Assembly: GCA_002305115.1 (NCBI GenBank)
Contig: DBQF01000001.1
Coordinates: 373,767 to 437,766, forward strand
DNA: 64,000 nucleotides
Source of the DNA: a candidate division WWE3 bacterium UBA1401
GTDB lineage: Bacteria; Patescibacteriota; WWE3; UBA101185; UBA10185
Reading direction: 5' to 3'
Made by a program: the position numbers and the translations under genes. Position 1 is the stretch's first letter. Each line of letters opens with the position of its first letter. The notes beneath the pieces are model-generated. The model searched no databases. It saw nothing but the letters and a program-made list of their open reading frames with translations, and had not been told where the DNA came from. Below are positions 18,458-26,521 of the stretch, one piece after another.

Positions 18458-19625
18458 CAAAAATCTGAAAGATCTAACCATAGCCATAGCTACTCATGAA
18501 TATTTCAAGGGCAGCGCGCAAGAATTAAAAGATTACCTGCTGAAAATAAATGCTAATAGGGTAATATATGTTGCCCATAAGTTTTTTTACGCTAAAGATA
18601 GCACTTCTTACAGGGAACTGTATGACCATGGTGAGCTGGTAAGTAAGAAAGAATCACCCAAGATTTTTCCTAATGAATTTCTGCTTTACATTCGCGATGC
18701 TTTTTATAATCTTTATTACTTTCTTACTGTAAAAGGTAGGATAGACCTGTTTGTAGGCTCAGATTCTTTCAACGCTATTTTTGGTCTTATCCTAAAAAAG
18801 CTTGGTAAGGTTGATCAAGTTGTCTTTTTCACTATTGACTATATTATGGAAGACAGGTTTAAGTTTGATATCTTGAACACTATCTACAAAAAAATGGATA
18901 GAATGGCATTTTGGGGCAGCGATTATACCTGGAATGTATCCGATAGAATGTCTAGGCAGCGCGTAGCTGAACTTGGCGAAAAAGCCAAAGAAAAAAAGCA
19001 GCTAGTAGCCCCTATTGGTATACCCTTAGAAGCTCGTAATATTTCGGTTGAAAGAAAAAATAATATTCTGGTTTATAGTGGTGGCTTGACCCCTCATTTT
19101 GGCCTAGAATTAACTGTTCAAGCCATGCCCGCGCTAGTAAAAAGATTTCCTGACGTAAAACTTCGTATTATTGGTGAAGGTGAAATAGGACCCAAACTTA
19201 AACAAATGGCAGAGGATCTGGGTGTATCTGCTAACGTTGAGTTTGTGGGTTATATTGATACTGCGAAAGAAAGAGAAAGGTGGCTTACTCTTCTGAAGGA
19301 AAGTACTTTAGGGTTGGCGCCTTATGAAGCAACAGAGAAGACATACAAAAAATTTTCAGATGTTACCAAACCTAAAGATTACATGTCTTGCGGATTGCCA
19401 GTTATTACAACTTCTGTTATTCCAATTTCTGAAGATATTCAACAGTATAATCTGGGAAGAGTTATAGAAGATAGTGTGCCCTCTTATGTGGAAAAAGTTT
19501 CTGAGTTACTTTTGAATGCTAATGAACGCATCGCGATTGAGAAAAACGTTTATGCCTATTCAGCTAATATGACTTGGGATGCAGTCTATAATAAGGTCTT
19601 TAGTGAGATGGATTTACAGGTGTAA
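18447..19625 (+). CDS. GT4-like glycosyltransferase, paralog of the C-terminal domain of 16229..18457
   Basis: The track ORF starts at 18357; ATG 18447 ([10 protein letters not shown]) overlaps the upstream stop by 11 nt. [19 protein letters not shown]...DYIMEDRF...[19 protein letters not shown] aligns with [19 protein letters not shown]...DYTPNRF...[19 protein letters not shown]. Confidence 0.8.
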   Translation: MTNDKNLKDLTIAIATHEYFKGSAQELKDYLLKINANRVIYVAHKFFYAKDSTSYRELYDHGELVSKKESPKIFPNEFLLYIRDAFYNLYYFLTVKGRIDLFVGSDSFNAIFGLILKKLGKVDQVVFFTIDYIMEDRFKFDILNTIYKKMDRMAFWGSDYTWNVSDRMSRQRVAELGEKAKEKKQLVAPIGIPLEARNISVERKNNILVYSGGLTPHFGLELTVQAMPALVKRFPDVKLRIIGEGEIGPKLKQMAEDLGVSANVEFVGYIDTAKERERWLTLLKESTLGLAPYEATEKTYKKFSDVTKPKDYMSCGLPVITTSVIPISEDIQQYNLGRVIEDSVPSYVEKVSELLLNANERIAIEKNVYAYSANMTWDAVYNKVFSEMDLQV

Positions 19626-19627
19626 AA

Positions 19628-20347
19628 ATGCTTACCGACATTTTCAGAAAGTTGAAAATGTATGGGCCAAAAAAATCTTTAGTTTTTCTTTACTACAAGA
19701 TAAGAGAACTTTTGTATTATCAACTGTTACACAATTCTTTTAGTCAACACGGTGAAGATCTTGTTATTGATGCCTTGTTAGGTAATAAAGACCATGGGTT
19801 TTATGTGGACATAGGTGCACACGATCCCCATCTATTTAGTAATACAAAGAGGTTCTATAGAAAAGGTTGGCGAGGTATTAATATAGAGCCAGATGCACAT
19901 TTAATAGAAAAGTTCAAAGCATCTAGGCCTGATGATATTAATCTAAATATTGGAATAAGTAATATCCCAGGCACTCTCACTTTCTATAGGATGTTTCCTG
20001 CTACTTTATCTACATTTTCAGAAGAAGCTGTAAAGAGTTATCTAGACCAAGGTTACGAGCTGGTAGAAAAGCTTCCTGTTCCTGTAAAGCCCTTACGTAC
20101 CGTTTTACAAACTTATGTAAAGAATGCGGAAATAGATTTCATGTCTATAGATACAGAGGGATTTGAGTCCCACGTTTTGGCTAGTAACGATTGGCAAAAA
20201 TTTAGGCCGACAGTAATTTGTATAGAGTCAGAAAATCCCCGTGGATCTGAAGTTGGACCTATTACTCAGAAGTTGTTAGCTTTGGGGTATGTGAAGCATT
20301 TAGATAATGGTATTAATTCAATTTTTGTTGTAAGAAACCATGCTTAG
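19628..20347 (+). CDS. FkbM-family SAM-dependent methyltransferase
   Basis: HGEDLVIDALLGNKDHGFYVDIGAHDP...GINIEPD is the typical FkbM-family core. Confidence 0.8.
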   Translation: MLTDIFRKLKMYGPKKSLVFLYYKIRELLYYQLLHNSFSQHGEDLVIDALLGNKDHGFYVDIGAHDPHLFSNTKRFYRKGWRGINIEPDAHLIEKFKASRPDDINLNIGISNIPGTLTFYRMFPATLSTFSEEAVKSYLDQGYELVEKLPVPVKPLRTVLQTYVKNAEIDFMSIDTEGFESHVLASNDWQKFRPTVICIESENPRGSEVGPITQKLLALGYVKHLDNGINSIFVVRNHA

Positions 20348-21260
20348 TATAAATATACTATGTTGTCCTATTTGTAGAGGTTCGTTAACAAACGAGTCAA
20401 CAAACCTGAGGTGTTCAGATTGCAATGCTTCTTACAGCGTAGCTGATGGTATAGTCAGAGCCTTATTACCCAACCAAAGTGCTGATCTAGCTTTGTCTTT
20501 GTCTAGATGGGATGCCATCTACGCACAGAGTTTAGCAACCGGTAGTTATTTGGCTAACTTACAGGTATATAAAGAGACATACTATGAAGATTTACTGGCA
20601 CAGATTACTGAAGAAACTGATTTAAAGGATAAAGTTTATTTGGAGGTAGGTTGCGGTCCTTTTTATTTTGGTCACCTTATAGCGCGAGACTGTAAACTAG
20701 TTATTGGAATAGATTTTTCTTTCAATGCACTGGTTATAGCTAAAAAACTGTTTGACTCTGCTGGCATAACTAACTACATACTTATTCAAGGTGATGTTTT
20801 GCAACTTCCCTTGAAAGACCACAGTGTGGATTTGGTTTATGGTGGAGGAGTAATGGAACACTTTAATAATTCTCAGGCCTACCTTAATGGTCTTTACACA
20901 GTTTTAAGGCCTGGGGGAATTGTTTTTAACACTGTCCCATTTTTGAACATAGGCAGTTTAACTTACAGACAGCTTTGGGGTAACATTCCTAATGTGCCTG
21001 TACTAAAACAAATCTTTGAGTTCATTCACATTAAACTATTTGGGGGCAGATTCATGAGATTTGGCTATGAACTGGCCTTTCTTGTTTCCACTTTGTGCAA
21101 ACTCCATAAGAAGGTTGGTTTTTCCGAAGTATCCGTTTCCCATTTCAAAGTAGCGCTTGTGTTTGAAGCCTTGCCACGTTTTTTACGTAGACCCTTTGTT
21201 TGGTTGGCCAATAATTCTAAGGCTTTCTGGCCCATGGTAAAGGTAGTAGCAAAGAAATGA
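20340..21260 (+). CDS. class I SAM-dependent methyltransferase with an N-terminal Trm112-like zinc ribbon
   Basis: CCPICRGSL...LRCSDCNASYSVADGIV zinc ribbon, followed by LEVGCGPFYFG (motif I). Confidence 0.8.
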   Translation: MLSINILCCPICRGSLTNESTNLRCSDCNASYSVADGIVRALLPNQSADLALSLSRWDAIYAQSLATGSYLANLQVYKETYYEDLLAQITEETDLKDKVYLEVGCGPFYFGHLIARDCKLVIGIDFSFNALVIAKKLFDSAGITNYILIQGDVLQLPLKDHSVDLVYGGGVMEHFNNSQAYLNGLYTVLRPGGIVFNTVPFLNIGSLTYRQLWGNIPNVPVLKQIFEFIHIKLFGGRFMRFGYELAFLVSTLCKLHKKVGFSEVSVSHFKVALVFEALPRFLRRPFVWLANNSKAFWPMVKVVAKK

Positions 21261-21973
21261 GTACAGATCATTATAAAGTACAAAGTGATTATTTTGATAA
21301 AGTTGCTCTGACTTTGGGTGACAAGTTCGATTCTCCTACAAACCATTTTGAGGTTGATAACTTTCTCGCAACTATAGGAGTAGAGTACGCCACCAGGAAC
21401 GTGCTGGACGTAGGGGCTGGCACTGGCAGGTACTCACTCCTGCTATTGCAAAAAGGCTACACTGTTACAGCTACAGACATTTCGGAAAAGTCGCTACAAG
21501 TTTTAACCACTCGAGCAGAAGCTTTAAATTTGGCTGACAGACTTACCACTAAGGTTACAGATATGGAGACACCGGAGTTTAACAAGGAATTTGATCTGGT
21601 TTTTAGCGTTAACTTACTCCATCACGTGGAACATATGACTACAGTTTTTAGTAGTATGGTTGCCGCTACAAAGGTTGGAGGTAAAGTTGCTGTACTAGAA
21701 GAAAACCCTATAAATCCCTCATTTTATCCTTTTCATATTCTAAATGGCCGTTGGCAGTACGAGAAAGGTATATATAAATGCACACGGGGTAATTTACTAA
21801 ATTTGTTTAGGAACAGCCATCTAACAGACATTCAGGTAACAAATTACTTATACTTTCCTACCAGATTTGTACTTAAGTATCCGTTTTTACACAGATTAAA
21901 CACATTTTTGAGCCACGTGCCCATACTCAGGTATTTGTCTTTGTTTCAGATTTTATATGGCAAAAAACTCTAG
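21257..21973 (+). CDS. class I SAM-dependent methyltransferase
   Basis: VLDVGAGTGRYSLLLLQKGYTVTATDIS (motifs I/II). There is an ATGA overlap with the upstream gene. Confidence 0.8.
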   Translation: MSTDHYKVQSDYFDKVALTLGDKFDSPTNHFEVDNFLATIGVEYATRNVLDVGAGTGRYSLLLLQKGYTVTATDISEKSLQVLTTRAEALNLADRLTTKVTDMETPEFNKEFDLVFSVNLLHHVEHMTTVFSSMVAATKVGGKVAVLEENPINPSFYPFHILNGRWQYEKGIYKCTRGNLLNLFRNSHLTDIQVTNYLYFPTRFVLKYPFLHRLNTFLSHVPILRYLSLFQILYGKKL

Positions 21974-22967
21974 AGTTGAGTTATCAATTATTATTGTCAC
22001 TTATAACAATGCGAACTGGTTGCCAGATTGCTTAACTTCATTGCAAGCTCAGATATTTACTGATTACGAGCTTATTGTTGTTGATAACGCTTCTTCTGAT
22101 AATTCTATTGCTTTAGTACAAAAATATTTTCCTGATTCTAAGGTATTCGCACTGGATGAAAATGTTGGGTTTAGCAAGGCTAACAATCTTGGAGTGAAAA
22201 ACGCTCACGGTAACAGAGTACTGTTGCTAAATAGTGATACCCGAATGTGCTCACCTGGATTTTTGAGTTCTTTCCTAAAGGAACAGCAGAAAAATCAACT
22301 CGATATATGTAACCCGCTTATTTTAAATGCTCAAGGTGTAGACCCCTTAGCCGGGCTTTATATGGGGATGGACATTGTAGGTTTTCCTGGCCCCAGCCCA
22401 AAACTTTTTTATATAGATGGGTGTTGTCTATTAACGTATAAGCATGTGTATGAAAGGTTAGGAGGTCTAGATGAGGACTATTTCATGTATAGTGAAGATA
22501 TTGACTTCAGCTGGCGTGCCCGGTTACTCAATTTGCGGTTAGGAATATGCAGAAGTTCAGCTATTTTACACTATGGGGGTGGTAGTACAGAAAGTACCCG
22601 ATCTGGTACCAGGGGAGTTTATAAAGTACCTGCATTTAGAAGGTACGAAGTTGAGAAAAATATTTTATCTAACCTTCTAAAAAATTATGGAGTCTACAAT
22701 CTTACCTGGGCGATACCTTTGTTTCTGGTCTTAAATTTTTCCGAAGCATTATTTTATTTAATGCTAGGGAAGTTATGGCTTTCCCGCAAAGTATTATTGG
22801 CTGTTTGGTGGAACGTACGTAATATAAACCACACTCTCAAGAAGCGCAGGCAAGTGCAGCAAACCCGGCAAGTTAGTGACTCTACACTTTTAAAAAACGT
22901 TCATTTAAAACTAAATAAAGTCCAAGCCCTTATAAATATTGGAGGGATCCCAAAGTTTACTAACTAG
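21957..22967 (+). CDS. GT2 glycosyltransferase (rhamnosyltransferase-like subfamily)
   Basis: LSIIIVTYNN, VVDNASSDNS, GFSKANNLG and EDYFMYSEDIDFSWRA motifs. Confidence 0.85.
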   Translation: MAKNSRVELSIIIVTYNNANWLPDCLTSLQAQIFTDYELIVVDNASSDNSIALVQKYFPDSKVFALDENVGFSKANNLGVKNAHGNRVLLLNSDTRMCSPGFLSSFLKEQQKNQLDICNPLILNAQGVDPLAGLYMGMDIVGFPGPSPKLFYIDGCCLLTYKHVYERLGGLDEDYFMYSEDIDFSWRARLLNLRLGICRSSAILHYGGGSTESTRSGTRGVYKVPAFRRYEVEKNILSNLLKNYGVYNLTWAIPLFLVLNFSEALFYLMLGKLWLSRKVLLAVWWNVRNINHTLKKRRQVQQTRQVSDSTLLKNVHLKLNKVQALINIGGIPKFTN

Positions 22968-22968
22968 T

Positions 22969-23910
22969 TTATTTCCACGCTTGCAGATCTCTCTGTAGCA
23001 GCTGTTCTATAGTTTCAACCTCCTGCCTAAATTCTTCCTTTAATTTCTGCTCTGTTGCTTTGGCCATAGGAGGATAGCTTTCACTTGTATACATAATTTT
23101 CCTGTAGGCTTTTTTTATAAAGCAGTCTGTATTTATTAGATTATTTAGTGCCCTATCCATCTTTAGTTCAAGCATGGTGTTGATGGCAAAATCGGTTATT
23201 TCTGCTATAAATGGATGTCTTAGTTTGGTAGTTTTGTTTTTACGTTTGTATAGTACTGATGGCTCAAAGCTGGAATCTACTCCTATAAACTCATAAACTT
23301 CTTTTAATGTTTTTTTTGGATTATCTCTAATATCCAGCAGTGGTACTACTAGCAGTTGCTCCTTGCTAAATATATCCATACAGTTTTTTATATGAGTAGC
23401 AAACCTTGCTTTGCTTTTGTGATAGGGTTGTGTTGTATTTTCTGAGGCTATTGCTTCTTCAAAAGTGTCTGGCATTTTGTGGTGTGCGTGTGAGTATTTC
23501 AGGTACCAGTAAAGTGAATACAGAAATCTCACAGGATTTCTTATGGCAAGAATGATCCGAATGTTGGGAAAAGCTTCTTTCACCTTCATTAGTGCTGGTT
23601 TGTCAAAAACATACTGAATGCTAAATTCTCCCCTTTTTTTACCTGTATCCCAAGAAAAATCATTACGGTATTCATCGACAGTTTTTAATCTATTTATGGT
23701 GTAGACATTTTGGAAAAACTCATTATCTTGTGGAGGGCTTAAGAAGAAATGTGGCTCTTTGTGTTGGGAAAAATCAATTTCCGGGTGTTCACTAAGACAC
23801 GCAACCAGCCATTCTGTTCCGCACTTGGGTGTGCCTACACCCATAAAATCTATTGTGAAATCACTCGGAAAATTCATGATATTAACGAAATCACCATATG
23901 ATGATACCAT
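22969..23910 (-). CDS. PAPS-dependent sulfotransferase family protein
   Basis: GVGTPKCGTEWL matches the 5'-phosphosulfate-binding loop (PKxGT). AIRNPVRFLYSLY matches the 3'-phosphate-binding motif (RNPxxR). It is a lone minus-strand gene between plus-strand operons. Confidence 0.75.
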   Translation of the reverse strand: MVSSYGDFVNIMNFPSDFTIDFMGVGTPKCGTEWLVACLSEHPEIDFSQHKEPHFFLSPPQDNEFFQNVYTINRLKTVDEYRNDFSWDTGKKRGEFSIQYVFDKPALMKVKEAFPNIRIILAIRNPVRFLYSLYWYLKYSHAHHKMPDTFEEAIASENTTQPYHKSKARFATHIKNCMDIFSKEQLLVVPLLDIRDNPKKTLKEVYEFIGVDSSFEPSVLYKRKNKTTKLRHPFIAEITDFAINTMLELKMDRALNNLINTDCFIKKAYRKIMYTSESYPPMAKATEQKLKEEFRQEVETIEQLLQRDLQAWK

Positions 23911-23925
23911 AAGCTTATAAGCTGT

Positions 23926-26361
23926 ATGTCTTTACGCTCACTTAATGCAAAAATAATACTCAATAAATTGCTGCCCTTCTTGATTATTGGGTGTGTTTCA
24001 CTTACCTCCTTAACCTGGTTTAGAGGAAATCACCTAATTGGGGCAGGGGATCATTACAAAGCTATTGATTATTACTCATATCTAAAGGATCAGTGGTTTA
24101 GTTGGGATGACAGATTTAATACTGGTTCTACGGATTATTCTCTACATCAGCATCTGCCGGCTTCCCTTGTTTATTTACCTCTTGGGTACCTTGGATTTTC
24201 GCGTCTTTTTATGGAGAAGGTTTGGTTCTACTTATCCATGTTTTTGCCTGCTAGCTTTATGTATCTGTTTTTAAGGCGTTTTTTACCTAAAAAGACTCCC
24301 AAAGCTTTGGCTATAGCAGGTTCCCTTTTCTACATTTTTAATCCTTTACTTATATTACATCCCTTTGCTACAACACTTTCCAAGTTTCCTGCCTACCTTA
24401 CGCTGCCCTTATTTGTTTTTCTTATGGTTAGTATTTTCGAAGAAAGAAATTGGCGCAAGAAAGTAACACAAAGTTTTATTTTCGTTTTGGCTAGTTGTTT
24501 GCTTAGTTCTTCTTTTACAAATATTGCTGAAACAGCCCCTGTTTTCATTGTACTTGGCACTTTATTTATTTACGAATTAACCCAATCCAGAGACAAAATT
24601 AAGCACATCTTACTGTTTGGACTTATTGTATTTTTTAGTCTGCTTGTAAATTTCTGGTGGATTTATGGTTCTTTTTACAATCAATTTTTGATTAGAAACA
24701 AGTTTGTAAAAAACATGGGGGATTTTATCCCCCAAACATTTATACATGGGACATTGCGGCTATTAGGTAGTTGGGCTTTGCACTCTTCCTACAGAGGTGT
24801 CCCGTACTTCACATTTGCTCCATTTTATTATTCAAGAGCTGGCATATTTTGGACATATTTAACAACTTTATTTGTTTTCAGTTCCTTGTTTTTTGTTGTG
24901 CTGACTCCCAACTTCCTTAAGCAATCTGAGCGCAGGAGACTATTATTGGTTATCTTTTTAGCACTTGTAGGCATTTTTCTGGCAAAGGGTGATAGTGGTC
25001 CGTGGGGGGTATGGTATGCAAATGTTTTAGATAAGTTTCCTCTACTTAGAATGTTTAGAGAGGCCTATACGAAATTTAGTTTGATAACGCTATTTTCGTA
25101 TAACGTAGTTCTTACTTTTGTGCTTTACTTATTTTATATTCTTCTTGGTAAGAAACGGGGTGTGGACATAGTATTAGCCTCACTTTTTTTCCTATTAGTA
25201 TCACTAACTTCTTATCCTTTACTTAATGGAGAAGTGGCGCCAGACAGAGCCAATGGCGTTATAAAGCAATTTATTGTAAAGGTGCCTGCTTACTGGGATG
25301 AACTAAATAGCTATACAAAACGAAATCCAAGAATTGGCCGTACGTTAACTCTGCCAAAGAACGGATATTATGGGGTAAGTTACATTTGGGAAAAAGGGTT
25401 TAACGGCAGGGCTTCGGATATTTTTTATACAGGGGCTCTTGGTTTTTTTAACAGATTTGATACTGCTAATGAAGGTGATTTACTCTTTAGAGATCTTTAT
25501 GATTTTATTGCAGCTTATAATCTGGAAGGTGACCCCTCTGCTATGACTGGTTTTGTTAATCTTGCGCGAGTGTTGAATGTTAACTATTTGTTACAACAAA
25601 ATGATTTTGACTGGCGTCAACTAAATTTTGGCACTCCGGCTCCAGCAGAATGGTCTATAGCTGCGATGACACAATTTCTTGAAAATACCTCAGACTATAT
25701 TGTTCTAGAAAAAAACTTTGGGCGATTTACTGACGATTATCTAAAAAAGATATCTTTTATTACTGGAGGAAAGAATATAAATATTATTCAAGGTGATCCA
25801 ACCTATGAAGAGTATGCTTCAGAGTTAGTGGGAAGAGAGGCTTTAGCTCTTTACGCCCTTAAGCCCGAATATAAAACCTTCAGAATTTACACTCCCGATG
25901 TCATCACTATTACACCTTCAAAAGAAGACATGTTACAGCAGTTGAGAGACGCCAACTATTTGGCGAAAGCTCCATTATTTGTGGATTCAATAGATCTATC
26001 CCCAGCTATAACTTTTAGACCAAGTGTTACTTATCAGAGAATTAACCCGGCAAAATATAAAGTTATCTTAGCTGGCCAAAGATCTGATACGACTGTTTTA
26101 GTTTTCAGTGACAGTTATGACGATAACTGGCAGCTTGCTTCTTCATGCAACTTATTAGGGTGTGAATTCATAGAAGCTGCCCATTTTATGGCTAACTTTT
26201 ATGCTAATGGTTGGTTGCTAGAATCCGATGTACCAGATGAGTTCTTTATTGTTTATAAAGCGCAGTTTAGGTTGGTCAAAAGTGTACTGGTTTCTGCTAT
26301 TACGCTTCTTGGTTTAGCTGGTACTTATATTTGGTTTAGCAAGAGATATAAGCATGTTTAG
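23926..26361 (+). CDS. large GT-C-type membrane protein, AftD (alpha-(1->3)-arabinofuranosyltransferase)/DUF3367-like architecture
   Basis: 811 aa. The N-terminal polytopic block has GAGDHYKAIDYY...W..RFNTG after TM1. A large soluble domain follows, then a single C-terminal TM (SVLVSAITLLGLAGTYIWF). It is a paralog of 26518..29466. Confidence 0.7.
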   Translation: MSLRSLNAKIILNKLLPFLIIGCVSLTSLTWFRGNHLIGAGDHYKAIDYYSYLKDQWFSWDDRFNTGSTDYSLHQHLPASLVYLPLGYLGFSRLFMEKVWFYLSMFLPASFMYLFLRRFLPKKTPKALAIAGSLFYIFNPLLILHPFATTLSKFPAYLTLPLFVFLMVSIFEERNWRKKVTQSFIFVLASCLLSSSFTNIAETAPVFIVLGTLFIYELTQSRDKIKHILLFGLIVFFSLLVNFWWIYGSFYNQFLIRNKFVKNMGDFIPQTFIHGTLRLLGSWALHSSYRGVPYFTFAPFYYSRAGIFWTYLTTLFVFSSLFFVVLTPNFLKQSERRRLLLVIFLALVGIFLAKGDSGPWGVWYANVLDKFPLLRMFREAYTKFSLITLFSYNVVLTFVLYLFYILLGKKRGVDIVLASLFFLLVSLTSYPLLNGEVAPDRANGVIKQFIVKVPAYWDELNSYTKRNPRIGRTLTLPKNGYYGVSYIWEKGFNGRASDIFYTGALGFFNRFDTANEGDLLFRDLYDFIAAYNLEGDPSAMTGFVNLARVLNVNYLLQQNDFDWRQLNFGTPAPAEWSIAAMTQFLENTSDYIVLEKNFGRFTDDYLKKISFITGGKNINIIQGDPTYEEYASELVGREALALYALKPEYKTFRIYTPDVITITPSKEDMLQQLRDANYLAKAPLFVDSIDLSPAITFRPSVTYQRINPAKYKVILAGQRSDTTVLVFSDSYDDNWQLASSCNLLGCEFIEAAHFMANFYANGWLLESDVPDEFFIVYKAQFRLVKSVLVSAITLLGLAGTYIWFSKRYKHV

Positions 26362-26521
26362 AATTTTAGGGATAATCTCTTTATTAATTAGCTCACTGTT
26401 ACTTATTAGGTTAATGTTTGTTGTAGGGTTTAATCCTGCTGGGCTCAAAGCAGCCGAGGCATTCTTCATAAGCTTTTTGGTTTCTTTTGCTCTTATAGTT
26501 ATTGCAGAAAAATTCGAATGA
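26354..26521 (+). CDS. unlisted 55-aa two-helix membrane micro-protein
   Basis: My own translation is MFRILGIISLLISSLLLIRLMFVVGFNPAGLKAAEAFFISFLVSFALIVIAEKFE*. Its ATG overlaps the upstream stop (ATGTTTAG) and its TGA overlaps the downstream start (ATGA). It fills an otherwise empty 156-nt gap and is below the 60-aa cut-off of the ORF track. Confidence 0.45.
   Translation: MFRILGIISLLISSLLLIRLMFVVGFNPAGLKAAEAFFISFLVSFALIVIAEKFE

Noticed and set aside
22965-22971. 1-nt convergent junction between the GT2 (stop at 22967) and the sulfotransferase (stop at 22969), considered as a possible hidden terminator or recombination scar
   Set aside because: No inverted repeat or T-tract is visible around the junction, so it is just tight packing.
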